NCBI GenBank assembly: GCA_964644275.1
Contig: CAZXVI010000006.1
Location: 8,423-72,422 of the forward strand
Length of the DNA stretch: 64,000 bases
From: an uncultured Ruminococcus sp.
GTDB lineage: Bacteria > Bacillota > Clostridia > Oscillospirales > Ruminococcaceae
Direction of reading: 5' to 3'
This document shows, piece after piece, positions 44,132-54,310 of the stretch. A program made the position numbers and the translations under genes. Position 1 is the stretch's first letter. Each line of letters opens with the position of its first letter. Under the pieces are notes generated by a model. That model was not told where the DNA came from and made no database searches. It saw only the letters and a program-made list of their open reading frames with translations.

Positions 44132-46356
44132 TATGCACCTGCCTCCTCATCGCCTGCGTCTTCTTCCGGCTCTGTAGGATCCGGCGCTTCCGTGGCCGGC
44201 GGTTCCGTGGGTGCCTGTGTAGGCGGCTGAGTCGGTGCCTGGGTCGGTGCCTGTGTGGGCGGCTGGGTCGGTGCCTGGGTCGGTGCCTGGGTGGGCGGCT
44301 GAGTTTCCGGCTGCGTAGGCGGTTCCGTGACATCCTCATATGCACCCACTGACTGGAATGCCGCATCAATGTTTTCACGAATAGAGGTTACTGTCACATT
44401 GGCATAATCAAAGGTATAGACGCCAATTTCTGCCTGCCGCTGGTTTGCCTGATTGATCAGTGCAACGGTGATGGTTTCCTTGCCGCTGCCCTCAATCTTC
44501 ACCGTCACTGAATCGGAATAAGTTGCATTGACGGACTGGCTTAAAATTGTACCTCTTTCAGAAGAAATAAAGTCAATCACAAATCTGCCATTTACATCCG
44601 ACGGCAAAGGCAGTGTGAAGGGAATTTCACCGGAGGGATCCTCGCCGTTACTGTAAGTCAGCGTTATGGTTGCGCCGATTTCTATCCATTCGCCCTCCTC
44701 AATATCCTGTGCAATGACAGTATTCTCGGGCTCCAGAGAAGCCTCTTCTATGGTTTCAACCTTCAGACCATAGTACTCGCACAGCATCCGTGCCTCATCC
44801 AGGGTCATGCCGACATAGTTGTCCACCTGTACCTGATCATTGGATGCACCCTTACTGATATACAGAATGATTGTAGAGCCGGCTTCCGCCTGTTCGCCCA
44901 CAGCCGGTTCCGTGCGGATAACATTGTTCTCTGCGACACCGTCTTCACTGAGTTCATAGCGGGGATCAACTTCGAAGCCTTCCTGTCTCAGCACCTGTTC
45001 TGCATACTCATAGAACAGTCCTGTTACTTCCGGAACCGGCTTCATGCTGACGCCAAGGCTGACATTGACATAAATTGTCTGACCGGAGGTAACGGAATCA
45101 TCCACTGCCACATCCTGATAGTAAATAATATCCTTTTCATATTCTGTGTACTCTGTCTCATTGATCTGAATATCCAGGTACGGATACTTATCCTTGGCCT
45201 CGTAATAATCCTCACCAATCAGATTGGGCATTTTATACTTGCTGCTGTTTACGTCTCCGTTAATGACACCCTTCACAAGCCAGAGAATAAAGAACACAGC
45301 AACCACAATGAATGCAATGGTAACCGCAGTCATGACCGGAATGAACAGGGAATGGGATTCCTCTTCCTCCTCCTCTTCGTCATCATCGTACTCATCGTCT
45401 TCGTATTCTTCCTCGTTATCCTCCCCGTCTGCAGTGAGCGCCTCCTCTGCAGGCGGTGCAAAGTACTGTGTCTGGGAAGCATCGCCCTCCGAAGTAACTT
45501 CTTCATAATATCCGAATGTCATCTGCGTATTGGCCTTGAATGCTTCAATGTCCTGAATCATATCGGAGGCAGTCTGATAGCGGTTCTCCGCATCCTTTTC
45601 CATGGCACGGAGAATGATTTCTTCAAGACCTGCCGGGATGTCCGGATTAATGGCACGGGGGCGTTCCGGCGTATTCTGCATGTGCATTACTGCAACGGTC
45701 ACAGGATTGTCCGTATCAAAGGGCTTCTGTCCCGTCAGCATTTCGTACATCATGACACCGACGGAATAGATGTCACTCTTTTCATCAGTAACATCTCCCC
45801 TTGCCTGCTCGGGACTGATGTAATGGACTGTCCCGATGGCCTGGTCCGTTGCAGTGCGCCCCTCTTCACGGGCAAACTTTGCAATACCGAAATCCATGAC
45901 CTTAATGGTGCCATCCGTGAACAGCATGATATTCTGGGGTTTGATGTCTCTGTGCACAATACCCCTGTCATGGGCATGCTGCAGTGCCCGCAGAATCTGA
46001 ATAATAAAATGCACGGAATCCTTCCATGTCAGAACATGCTCATTTTCAATATATTCCTTCAATGTAATGCCGTCAATATACTCCATGACGATGAACTGAA
46101 TCTTGTCCGAAAAACCGACATCATAAACCTTAACAATATTCGGATGGGACAACAATGCGATTGCCTTGGATTCATTGCGGAAACGGCGGAGAAATTCCTC
46201 GTTTTCCGCAAATTCCTTTTTCAGAATTTTGACAGCAACCACTTTATTGTCAATGATATCCGTCGCCTTGTAGACATCGGCCATGCCGCCGACACCGATT
46301 AACTCGGTAATCTCATATCTGCCGTCAAGCTTTTTTCCAATATTCTTATCCATCAT
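44131..46356 (-). CDS. prkC: PASTA-domain Ser/Thr protein kinase (PrkC/Stk1 type) with a poly-acidic juxtamembrane tract and a C-terminal PTQ-repeat tail
   Basis: GVGGMADVYKA, HRDIKPQN and DFGIA are kinase motifs. One TM helix, PASTA-like repeats and a (PTQA/PTQP)n tail follow. The start is ambiguous (GTG 46365, ATG 46356 or ATG 46353) because GGAGGG abuts the ATGs. Confidence 0.92.
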   Translation of the reverse strand: MMDKNIGKKLDGRYEITELIGVGGMADVYKATDIIDNKVVAVKILKKEFAENEEFLRRFRNESKAIALLSHPNIVKVYDVGFSDKIQFIVMEYIDGITLKEYIENEHVLTWKDSVHFIIQILRALQHAHDRGIVHRDIKPQNIMLFTDGTIKVMDFGIAKFAREEGRTATDQAIGTVHYISPEQARGDVTDEKSDIYSVGVMMYEMLTGQKPFDTDNPVTVAVMHMQNTPERPRAINPDIPAGLEEIILRAMEKDAENRYQTASDMIQDIEAFKANTQMTFGYYEEVTSEGDASQTQYFAPPAEEALTADGEDNEEEYEDDEYDDDEEEEEEESHSLFIPVMTAVTIAFIVVAVFFILWLVKGVINGDVNSSKYKMPNLIGEDYYEAKDKYPYLDIQINETEYTEYEKDIIYYQDVAVDDSVTSGQTIYVNVSLGVSMKPVPEVTGLFYEYAEQVLRQEGFEVDPRYELSEDGVAENNVIRTEPAVGEQAEAGSTIILYISKGASNDQVQVDNYVGMTLDEARMLCEYYGLKVETIEEASLEPENTVIAQDIEEGEWIEIGATITLTYSNGEDPSGEIPFTLPLPSDVNGRFVIDFISSERGTILSQSVNATYSDSVTVKIEGSGKETITVALINQANQRQAEIGVYTFDYANVTVTSIRENIDAAFQSVGAYEDVTEPPTQPETQPPTQAPTQAPTQPPTQAPTQAPTQPPTQAPTEPPATEAPDPTEPEEDAGDEEAGA
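44210..44304 (-). repeat. 36-nt tandem repeat (about 2.6 copies) encoding the PrkC C-terminal PTQ(A/P) tail
   Basis: Units at 44210-44245 and 44246-44281 differ at only a few positions. A third, partial unit follows. Confidence 0.8.
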
Positions 46357-46370
46357 ACCCTCCACGCTTA

Positions 46371-47105
46371 TTATTTCGTTACAATTGCAAGAGAAATATT
46401 GTCCCTGCCGCCCTTGCTAAGGGCAAGGTCAATGAGTGCCTGGGGTGCTTCTGCAAATGTACTATGGTTGATCACATGCAGAATCTCCTGCTCCTCACTA
46501 TAGCTGGACAAGCCGTCCGAGCACAGCAGCAGCAGAAACTCCTCTCCATGAGGAATCCGGTAGTAATCCGGCCTGATGACCCGTTCCACACCAACTGCCC
46601 GTGTCAGCATATTTCTCTGCGGATGCTGACGCATTTGCTCTTTCTGGATTTTCCCCTGCTGGTACAGCATATTCACGACAGTATGATCCTCTGTAATCTG
46701 TCGCATACTGCCATTCTCCACCAGATAGGCACGGCTGTCGCCAACATTAGCGATTGCGATGTGACCGGAATCAATAAAGGCTGCAACACAGGTTGTACCC
46801 ATACCATAGCTCCGGTAGTCCATTCTGGCTGTTGTATAGATAACAGAATTGGCAGCGGATATGGATGACATCAGCAAAACCCTGATATCCTCCGCACTCA
46901 TACCGGATTGATAGCCTGCGGTAAAATGATCAAACAACTCTCGGACTGCAATTTCACTTGCCTGACTGCCGGAACGCTCACCGCCCATGCCGTCGCATAC
47001 CACGGCAAGAATACGGCCGTCATATTCCCTGGCCAGAACCTCATCCTGATTTTCGTCACGGATTAATCCGATGTTCGTTGCTGTTGCACATCGCAAATCC
47101 CTCAC
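46371..47105 (-). CDS. prpC: PP2C-family Ser/Thr phosphatase (PrpC/Stp type)
   Basis: RDENQDE, VCDGMGG, GDSRAYL and CSDGL are PP2C motifs. The start codon is uncertain (GTG 47105 or TTG 47096). Confidence 0.9.
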   Translation of the reverse strand: MRDLRCATATNIGLIRDENQDEVLAREYDGRILAVVCDGMGGERSGSQASEIAVRELFDHFTAGYQSGMSAEDIRVLLMSSISAANSVIYTTARMDYRSYGMGTTCVAAFIDSGHIAIANVGDSRAYLVENGSMRQITEDHTVVNMLYQQGKIQKEQMRQHPQRNMLTRAVGVERVIRPDYYRIPHGEEFLLLLCSDGLSSYSEEQEILHVINHSTFAEAPQALIDLALSKGGRDNISLAIVTK

Positions 47106-47116
47106 CTCACCTTCTG

Positions 47117-48154
47117 TTATTCATCATGCTGATCTGCTTCATGGCGCAGCTGCCCGCATGCCGCCTCAATATCGCTGCCCAATGTGCGGCGTATCGTTGC
47201 ATGGATGCCGCGTCTCCGGAGCTTTTGCATCAATTCCTGTGCAGCACTTCTGGTCGCATGATAGCTTCGCTCCCGGACAGTATTGACAGGAATCAGATTT
47301 ACATGAGCCTGCTGCCCTTCCAGCAGCTCCGCTAATGCTGCAACATCCTTTTCGCTGTCATTCACCCCTTGCATGACAGCATATTCATACGTCACACGCC
47401 GTCCTGTTCTGGCAAAATAATATTTGCATGCCGCCATCAGCTCGTTGAGCGGATAGCGTCTGTTGACGGGCATGACAGCATCCCTTCCCTTATCCGTAGG
47501 ATGATGCAGGGATACAGCAAGAGTCAGACCGCTTTTCCTGTCAGCGAGCTCCCGGATTTTCGGGACAATCCCGCAGGTGGAAAGGGTCACATGCCGCAGG
47601 CTCATCCTCCTGCCCTGCCCATCGGATAAAAGTTCCAGGAACCGCATGACGTATTCAAAATTATCCAGCGGTTCCCCGATTCCCATAAGAACGATACCGG
47701 ATATGGAAACACCGGCATCCCGTTCCGTCTCATCAATCTGGAGTAGCATTTCCGACGGCGTCAGATTTCTGACATAACCTGCAATGGTGGATGCGCAGAA
47801 CCGGCACCCCATCTTGCAGCCCACCTGTGTGGAGATACAGAGCCGCCAGCCGTGCTGATAGGACATCAATACGGTCTCCACATGCTGACCGTCGGGCAGC
47901 CTATATAAGTATTTTACCGTATCGTCCATACAAGATTCAAGCTTTCTTGCAATAAATAGTCTTTTTATATAAAATTCAACACTCAGTTTTGTACGAAGTG
48001 ACTGAGGAAGATCCAGCATTTCGGAAAAATCGGTGACTTTCTTTTCATGCAGCCAGCGATAGATCTGACCGGAACGGTATTTTGGCTCTCCCATCGCTTC
48101 CACAGCAGCTGTAAGCTCTGCACGGTTCATGGATAAAATATCCCGCTGTTCCAT
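47117..48154 (-). CDS. rlmN: 23S rRNA/tRNA (adenine-C2)-methyltransferase RlmN (radical SAM)
   Basis: CISTQVGCKMGCRFCAST is the cluster motif and GIGEPLDN is present. The C-terminal cysteine lies in DIEAACGQL. Confidence 0.95.
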   Translation of the reverse strand: MEQRDILSMNRAELTAAVEAMGEPKYRSGQIYRWLHEKKVTDFSEMLDLPQSLRTKLSVEFYIKRLFIARKLESCMDDTVKYLYRLPDGQHVETVLMSYQHGWRLCISTQVGCKMGCRFCASTIAGYVRNLTPSEMLLQIDETERDAGVSISGIVLMGIGEPLDNFEYVMRFLELLSDGQGRRMSLRHVTLSTCGIVPKIRELADRKSGLTLAVSLHHPTDKGRDAVMPVNRRYPLNELMAACKYYFARTGRRVTYEYAVMQGVNDSEKDVAALAELLEGQQAHVNLIPVNTVRERSYHATRSAAQELMQKLRRRGIHATIRRTLGSDIEAACGQLRHEADQHDE

Positions 48155-48157
48155 AGC

Positions 48158-49450
48158 TCACCCGACCTTCTGCATCCGTGCGGCAAAGAAGCCGTCACAG
48201 TCGGCATACTGCACCGAGAAGGTGGCATACCCCTCGGAGAATCCCAACTCCTCCAGCGGCATCAGCCGGAATTCCGGATGCGCTGCAAGAAACCGCTGTA
48301 CCACAGCTTCATTCTCCGCCTGAAAAATTGTACAGGTGGAATACACCAGCGTACCGCCTGTTTTCAGATAGCCTGCTGCATGTTCCAGAATTCTGTACTG
48401 AATCTCAGGGAGATCTGCAAATTGGGAGAGCGGCTTATATTTGATTTCCGGCTTGCGGCGGATGACACCGAATCCGGAACAGGGTACATCGCAGAGCACC
48501 CGGTCCGCTTTTGGCAGTTCCGGATGAAACTCCAGGGCATCCTGCTGGGATGCCCGCACACAGGTCAGCCCCAGCCGCGCGGCGCCTTTCGCAATGAGTG
48601 ACGCACGCTTTTCCTGAAGATCAAAAGCCAGCACTGTCCCTGTATTCTTCATATGTTCCGCAATCGTAAAGGTTTTGCCGCCCGGTGCTGCGCAGAGATC
48701 CAGCACTGTCTCCCCCGGCTGCGGATCAAGGATTGCACAGCAGAACTGGGAGGACAGATCCTGCACATGGAATTCGCCCTTCTGAAAACATTTGCTTGCC
48801 TGGACATCCTGGCAGGTAATGCGATAGGCATGCTCCGGACGCTGATAGGGGATGGGCTGCAAACCTTCCTCTTCCAGATCACTCATGTCTGCCCGGAGCG
48901 GATTCAGCCGGATGGTGCACGGCGGCGGACACAGGCTGTCCGCAAAGAAGGCATCGGCAAAAGCTTCACCATGCTCTTTTGTAACTTGTTGAATCAACGC
49001 AGCCGGTGCAGAATACTGCACTTCCTTGGCTGCCCAGGGATCCTTCGGCAGAGGAATTTTCTTTCCGTCCCGCAAGAAGCTGCGAAGCACTGCATTCACA
49101 AAGCCGGATGCACTTGCTTTCCGAAGTTGCCTGGTCAGAAGAACACTCTCATTCACCGCTGCCCGGTCGGGGATTCTGTCACAGTAAGCAAGCTGATATA
49201 AACCGAGATACAGCGTATACCGGATGGCGGCATCCAGCTTCTCAGGCGGCTTGCTGCTGTAACAGCGGAGAAGATGCTCCAGGGTCAGCAGGCGCTCAAT
49301 GACGCCGTAATACAACTGTGAACAGAGCTTTTTGTCAGCAGCAGACAGGCCGGACTCGGACAGGGTACGATCCAGCAGAAGATGGGAAAAGCTTCCTTCT
49401 TCCAGCGTCCGTTCCAGAAGCCTGACCGCCAGATATCTTGCACTTTTCAT
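48158..49450 (-). CDS. rsmB: 16S rRNA (cytosine967-C5)-methyltransferase
   Basis: An N-terminal NusB-like domain is present, with DLCAAPGGKT and DVPCSGFGVIRRKPE motifs. Confidence 0.92.
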   Translation of the reverse strand: MKSARYLAVRLLERTLEEGSFSHLLLDRTLSESGLSAADKKLCSQLYYGVIERLLTLEHLLRCYSSKPPEKLDAAIRYTLYLGLYQLAYCDRIPDRAAVNESVLLTRQLRKASASGFVNAVLRSFLRDGKKIPLPKDPWAAKEVQYSAPAALIQQVTKEHGEAFADAFFADSLCPPPCTIRLNPLRADMSDLEEEGLQPIPYQRPEHAYRITCQDVQASKCFQKGEFHVQDLSSQFCCAILDPQPGETVLDLCAAPGGKTFTIAEHMKNTGTVLAFDLQEKRASLIAKGAARLGLTCVRASQQDALEFHPELPKADRVLCDVPCSGFGVIRRKPEIKYKPLSQFADLPEIQYRILEHAAGYLKTGGTLVYSTCTIFQAENEAVVQRFLAAHPEFRLMPLEELGFSEGYATFSVQYADCDGFFAARMQKVG

Positions 49451-50127
49451 TAGTTTCTTCTGTTGGCAATCATGACAAGCCGCAGCAGCTGCATCAGGGA
49501 GTTGAGCAGGGATGCCACATAGGTCAGCGCTGCTGCCTTCAGTACACTGGAAGCGGCGGATACCTCATTGCCATAGAGGAAGCCGCTGCTTTCCAGAATC
49601 TGCAGCGCACGGTTGCTGGCATCAAATTCCACCGGCAGTGTCACAAGCTGGAACAGTGCAACCACTGCAAAGAGCAGAATTCCGATCCAGATCAGACTCA
49701 GGCCAAGCTGGGTCTGAGAAAAGAACAGCCCCAGCAGAAAAACAAAATACCAGGCATAGGAACAGAACTGAGTAAAAGGTACCAGCGCACTGCGCATTTT
49801 TACAGGGGTATAATCCTGGGCATGCTGGATGGCATGACCGCATTCATGTGCCGCAACACCGAGGGCAGCCACAGAGGTTTCACCGTAAACACTTTCGGAC
49901 AGACGCACCACATTGCTTCTGGGATCAAAATGATCGGAAAGCTTGCCGCTGACTGGCTCCACACGCACATAATGAAGGCCGTTGGCATCCAGAATCTGCC
50001 GTGCGACCTGCTCACCAGTCAAGCCGCGGCTGTTCTGAATTTTACTGTACTTACTATAGGTAGTATTTACATTGATGGAAGCGGCAATACAGAGTATCAC
50101 CGGCAGGATTAACAGAATGAGTTCCAT
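49450..50127 (-). CDS. Zinc metallopeptidase, YugP-like membrane family
   Basis: GVAAHECGHAIQH is the HExxH motif, flanked by TM helices. Start is ATG 50127 (MELILLILPV..) after AAAGGAAG. Confidence 0.85.
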   Translation of the reverse strand: MELILLILPVILCIAASINVNTTYSKYSKIQNSRGLTGEQVARQILDANGLHYVRVEPVSGKLSDHFDPRSNVVRLSESVYGETSVAALGVAAHECGHAIQHAQDYTPVKMRSALVPFTQFCSYAWYFVFLLGLFFSQTQLGLSLIWIGILLFAVVALFQLVTLPVEFDASNRALQILESSGFLYGNEVSAASSVLKAAALTYVASLLNSLMQLLRLVMIANRRN

Positions 50128-50153
50128 AAATATCTTCCTTTCTGATGCATTTT

Positions 50154-51110
50154 TCACTCCGCAGGAGTGAAGCTCTGACCGAGAAGCCGCCCCTTTGTCA
50201 GCTTCTTTCCACGAATGAAATCCCCTGCATTCAGCCGTTTTCCGCCTTCCAGCTGAACTTCCGTCAGCTGTAACAGCGTACCCTCACCGCACTGCACAAT
50301 CAGCTGCTCCGGATCAACAATTGCTCCGCAGGGTGCGCTCCCTGTTCCGGGATATACTTTGCTGCGGAACACCTTGAAGCGCTTGCCGTCCAGTATTGTA
50401 AAGCCTGTCAATGCGCAGATGATCCGGTGGAGGTTCAGGGCAGGCTTGGTAAAATCCAAAGCCGACATCTCCTTGCGGATCATGGACGCATAGCAGGACT
50501 GAGCGTCATCCTGCTGTTCCGGTGTCAGTGTGCCGTTTTTTAATGCCGGAAGGGCTTCCAGCAGCAGCTTTGCTCCCAGCTGTGCCAGCCTGTCATGAAG
50601 TTCGGCAGTTGTTTCATCTTCTCCGATGGAAAGGCGGCCCTTGAGAAGCATATCTCCCGTATCCAGTCCCTCTGCCATCTGCATAATGGTTACACCGGTT
50701 TCCTTCTCACCATTGAGAATACAATGATGAATGGGAGCGGCGCCTCTGTACTTCGGCAGCAGGGACGCATGGACGTTGATGCAGCCATACTTCGGAAGCT
50801 CCAGCACCACCTTGGGAAGAATCTGTCCGTAAGCTGCAACCACAATGCAGTCCGGCCGGATGCTCCGGAGAAGCTCCAGTGCTTCTGCGGCATCGGGATC
50901 TTTCCGGAAAGAGGAGGGCTGATAAACAGGAATGGCATATTCCAGTGCCTTCTTCTTCACAGGGGAAGGAAGCAGTTTGTATTTTCTGCCATTGGGCTTA
51001 TCCGGCTGCGTGAACACGGCGGCAATTTCCGCACCACTGTCCGCCAGTGCGCAGAGACAGGGCAATGCAAAGTCCGGTGTACCCATGAACACAATCTTCA
51101 TATCCAGCAT
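50154..51110 (-). CDS. fmt: Methionyl-tRNA formyltransferase
   Basis: KIVFMGTPDFA, NVHASLLPKYRGAAPI and a C-terminal Fmt domain are present. Confidence 0.95.
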   Translation of the reverse strand: MLDMKIVFMGTPDFALPCLCALADSGAEIAAVFTQPDKPNGRKYKLLPSPVKKKALEYAIPVYQPSSFRKDPDAAEALELLRSIRPDCIVVAAYGQILPKVVLELPKYGCINVHASLLPKYRGAAPIHHCILNGEKETGVTIMQMAEGLDTGDMLLKGRLSIGEDETTAELHDRLAQLGAKLLLEALPALKNGTLTPEQQDDAQSCYASMIRKEMSALDFTKPALNLHRIICALTGFTILDGKRFKVFRSKVYPGTGSAPCGAIVDPEQLIVQCGEGTLLQLTEVQLEGGKRLNAGDFIRGKKLTKGRLLGQSFTPAE

Positions 51111-51111
51111 T

Positions 51112-51573
51112 TTATTCCTCCCCTGGCTCTACAAATTCATCCACTTTTTCCAGAAACAGATGACCGTCCAGGTGGTCAATTTCGTGGCAGGCACAGCGTG
51201 CGCCAAGCCCTGTCAGAGCAACCTCATAGAATTCACCATTCCGGTTCTGGGCACGCACCTTGCACTTGTTGGGACGGACAACATAGCCCCACTGGTCCGG
51301 ACAGGACAGACAGCCTTCCACATCACGCTGCTTGCCACTGGATTTCAGAATAACGGGGTTCACCAGTTCCAGCAGCCCCTCGCCAACATCCACAACAGCA
51401 ATACGTCTGCGGATTCCTACCTGGGGAGCGGCAAGACCAAGACCCTGTGCCTTATACAGCGTCTCTGCCATATCGTCCAGCAGCTGCGCCAGTTTCTCAT
51501 CGAACTGTTCCACAGGTTTGCATACTGCATGCAGAATCGGAGATTCCTTTGTTACAATTTTTCTGATTGCCAT
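51112..51573 (-). CDS. def: Peptide deformylase
   Basis: GLGLAAPQVG, EGCLS and HEIDHLDG are present. Start is ATG 51573 after GGGAGG. Confidence 0.95.
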   Translation of the reverse strand: MAIRKIVTKESPILHAVCKPVEQFDEKLAQLLDDMAETLYKAQGLGLAAPQVGIRRRIAVVDVGEGLLELVNPVILKSSGKQRDVEGCLSCPDQWGYVVRPNKCKVRAQNRNGEFYEVALTGLGARCACHEIDHLDGHLFLEKVDEFVEPGEE

Positions 51574-51588
51574 CGTATTTCCTCCCAA

Positions 51589-54048
51589 TTATATGCCGAT
51601 GCTGCCGTTCATATCCGCATAGAGATGTACTCTCGCCATTTCTTTCAGACTTCCGGCATTTTTCAGGGTATCCCACATAAAACTGCGGAATTCCTTAGTA
51701 TTTTTACATTTGATGATAATCCGGTAACGGTATTTCCCGTTAATTTTTCCGTAGGTGCAGGGAACGGGTCCCAGAACCCGCAGCGGCAGCTTCATTTGCT
51801 GCACCGCAAGCTCTTCCCGCATACAGGCTACAAAGCAGTCAGCCCCCCGCTTAACCTCCGCTTCTGTTTCGCCGGATATCCCCACAACACAGATATCGCA
51901 GAAGGGCGGAAACAGCAGTGCCCTGCGGATTGCCGTTTCCTCACGGTAAAATCCCTCATAATCCTGCTGTGCCGCAAGCCGCAGCACATAGTGATCCGGA
52001 AGGAAGGTCTGCAGAATGGCTCTGCCGGCCTTTCCGCCTCTTCCTCCCCGCCCCACCACCTGGGTGATCAGGGCAAAGGTTCGCTCATAGCTGCGGAAAT
52101 CCCCGGAAAACAGGGCTTTATCCACGGAAAGAACACCGACCAGTGTCACATTGGGAAAATCCAGTCCCTTGCCGATCATCTGGGTTCCAAGCATAATATC
52201 ATACTTTCCGTCCTTGAAATCCCCGAATCTCTTTTCATAGGCAAAACGGGAACCGGTGGTATCCGCATCCATGCGCAGAATTCTGGCATTGGGAAAACGA
52301 ATGGCCAGCTCGTCCTCCAGTTTCTGGGTGCCGAACCCCATTTTCCGCAGATGTTCACCGCCGCATGTGGGACACTGCTCCGGCATGCGCTGCACTGCTC
52401 CGCAGTAATGGCAGTGAAGATTCTGATCTGTTTTATGAAAGGTCATGGGAACGGAACAGTTTGGGCAGTATACAGGCTGATTACAGGTACAGCAGCTGAT
52501 AATCGTATGATACCCCCGCCGGTTCAGCAGAAGGATGCTCTGCTCCCCCCGCTCCAGGTTCTCCCGGAGGGCATCCGTCAGCATGCTGCTGAATTCCGTA
52601 TCATTGCCGTTCATGCGTTCTATGTTCATATCCGCAACTTCGACTGCCGGAAGAGGCATATTGCCGTAGCGTTCCTTCATCTCCAGCAGCTCATACACAC
52701 CCTTCCGGGCATAGTAGTAGCTTTCCATTGTAGGGGTTGCCGATGCCGGGAGCAGCACTGCGCCATGAAATTTGCAGCGCTGACGGGCAACCTGGATTGT
52801 ATCAAACCGGGGAGCCGCATCGGATTTGTAAGAGCGTTCGCCCTCTTCATCCATAATAATCAGTCCCAGATTCTGAAGCGGTGCAAAAACTGCACTTCTT
52901 GTTCCGATTACCAGATCTGCATTGCCGCTGCGTACCCGTTCATAGGAGCGTTTCCGCTCCCCCAGGGACAGACTGCTGTGCATGACAGCAATCCGGTCTC
53001 CGAACCGGGCAGCAAAGCGTTTCACTGTCTGGGGAGTGAGGGATATTTCCGGGAGGAGCATCAGCACGGATTTCCCGAGTGCAAGGGTTCTGGCTATGAG
53101 CGCCTCAAACACAGCGGTTTTTCCGCTGCCGGTAACTCCATGGAGCAGGAAGCATTTTGCCTCGGATGTTTCCAGGTAAGGGGCTACACGGTCGAATACA
53201 GCCTGCTGCTGAGGAGCAAGAGTAATTTCCGGAGCCGGTGTGGACTGCGGCTCAGCAGCCTCCGTCTCAGCCTCAAGCTCAAATCGTTCCGCAATGCCGT
53301 TCTTCACAAGATTCTGTATCACAGCAGCGGAAATGCCGCAAAGATAGCAGATTTCCTTTTCCTCCAGCGCACCGAATTCCTGCAGGGCATTGACTGCCTT
53401 CTGCTGCTTGACGGTAACAGAGCCACGGTAATTCTGTGACAGAAATGCATCGGATAACCGTACCATACGAGTTGTTTTATTTTTCATTCTTGCCTGGGTA
53501 TCCGCCGCAGCGGCTACGATGCCAGCAGACAGCAGCCGATCCACAACCTGTTTCTTATGCGGCGTGTCCTGAATCTCCAGCAGAGCATCAAACTCTTTCT
53601 GCGTTCTGGCACGGCGCAGGAATTGCAGCAGCTGCTCTTCTTCCTCGGAGAGGCAGCTGGTATCCGCTCCCTGCACCAGGGAATAATGTTCCTGGACGCG
53701 CAGCTGAAGCGCAGAGGGCAAAAGTGCTCTGATTGCCTCATAATAGGTACAGAAGGTGTTTTCCTTCAGCCAATACATGAGAAGCATCTGCTCTTCGTTC
53801 AGAATCGGTGCATCATCCGCAATGGAAAGAATTTTTTTGAGTCCCTTGCATTCCTCGCTGTCCGCTTCAGAAACGGACAGGATCAGTCCTACCCGTTTGC
53901 GGTTGCCCCTGCCAAAGGGAACTACCACACGGCAGCCTTCCAGTCTGCGGCGATATAGCTCCGGCGGCAGAAGATAACTGAAGGGCTTATCGAATTCCCA
54001 TGCTGCCGCATGGATGGCAACTGCGGCGATGTATTTTCCGCATCTCAC
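51589..54048 (-). CDS. priA: Primosomal replication-restart helicase PriA
   Basis: 819 aa with Walker A (GVTGSGKT), DEEG and a Cys-rich insertion (CCTCNQPVYCPNCSVPMTFH..HCHYCG). Confidence 0.95.
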   Translation of the reverse strand: MRCGKYIAAVAIHAAAWEFDKPFSYLLPPELYRRRLEGCRVVVPFGRGNRKRVGLILSVSEADSEECKGLKKILSIADDAPILNEEQMLLMYWLKENTFCTYYEAIRALLPSALQLRVQEHYSLVQGADTSCLSEEEEQLLQFLRRARTQKEFDALLEIQDTPHKKQVVDRLLSAGIVAAAADTQARMKNKTTRMVRLSDAFLSQNYRGSVTVKQQKAVNALQEFGALEEKEICYLCGISAAVIQNLVKNGIAERFELEAETEAAEPQSTPAPEITLAPQQQAVFDRVAPYLETSEAKCFLLHGVTGSGKTAVFEALIARTLALGKSVLMLLPEISLTPQTVKRFAARFGDRIAVMHSSLSLGERKRSYERVRSGNADLVIGTRSAVFAPLQNLGLIIMDEEGERSYKSDAAPRFDTIQVARQRCKFHGAVLLPASATPTMESYYYARKGVYELLEMKERYGNMPLPAVEVADMNIERMNGNDTEFSSMLTDALRENLERGEQSILLLNRRGYHTIISCCTCNQPVYCPNCSVPMTFHKTDQNLHCHYCGAVQRMPEQCPTCGGEHLRKMGFGTQKLEDELAIRFPNARILRMDADTTGSRFAYEKRFGDFKDGKYDIMLGTQMIGKGLDFPNVTLVGVLSVDKALFSGDFRSYERTFALITQVVGRGGRGGKAGRAILQTFLPDHYVLRLAAQQDYEGFYREETAIRRALLFPPFCDICVVGISGETEAEVKRGADCFVACMREELAVQQMKLPLRVLGPVPCTYGKINGKYRYRIIIKCKNTKEFRSFMWDTLKNAGSLKEMARVHLYADMNGSIGI

Positions 54049-54050
54049 AG

Positions 54051-54269
54051 TCAGTTCAGAAGAGTCTTATCATCGGATGCAGGTTCGATGATTTTATAAT
54101 CACCTCTTGCAAATTCATCCACTGCCGTCTTTACGGGCTTCTCCTCCAGCGTCTGGTTGTTCTCGTACAGCTCGTCAGCGATCTCTCTGGCTCTTTTGGC
54201 AATACCAATCACGAGAGAATAACAGCTTTCCTTCTTGGTAATCATCTGTGTGATTGCGGGTCTCAACAT
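54051..54269 (-). CDS. rpoZ: DNA-directed RNA polymerase subunit omega
   Basis: MLRPAITQMITKKESCYSLVIGIAKRAREI is omega-type. Start is ATG 54269 after TGAGGTG. Confidence 0.85.
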   Translation of the reverse strand: MLRPAITQMITKKESCYSLVIGIAKRAREIADELYENNQTLEEKPVKTAVDEFARGDYKIIEPASDDKTLLN

Positions 54270-54310
54270 AACTATACACCTCATTTAAAAATAATCAAAT
54301 TTAGAAACAT

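Noticed and set aside
44210-44304. Tandem 36-nt repeats considered as a possible CRISPR-like or DGR-type element.
   Set aside because: There are no spacers. The repeats are in frame inside prkC and encode a PTQ low-complexity tail. No cas or reverse-transcriptase genes are present in the window.
50932-53439. An 835-aa plus-strand ORF spanning fmt, def and priA on the opposite strand.
   Set aside because: It lies in the frame exactly antisense to the def/priA codons. That frame stays open whenever the sense genes avoid TTA, CTA and TCA codons. Its translation is low-complexity and Cys/His/Arg-rich, has no RBS or family resemblance, and overlaps three well-supported genes. It is a codon-bias shadow ORF.
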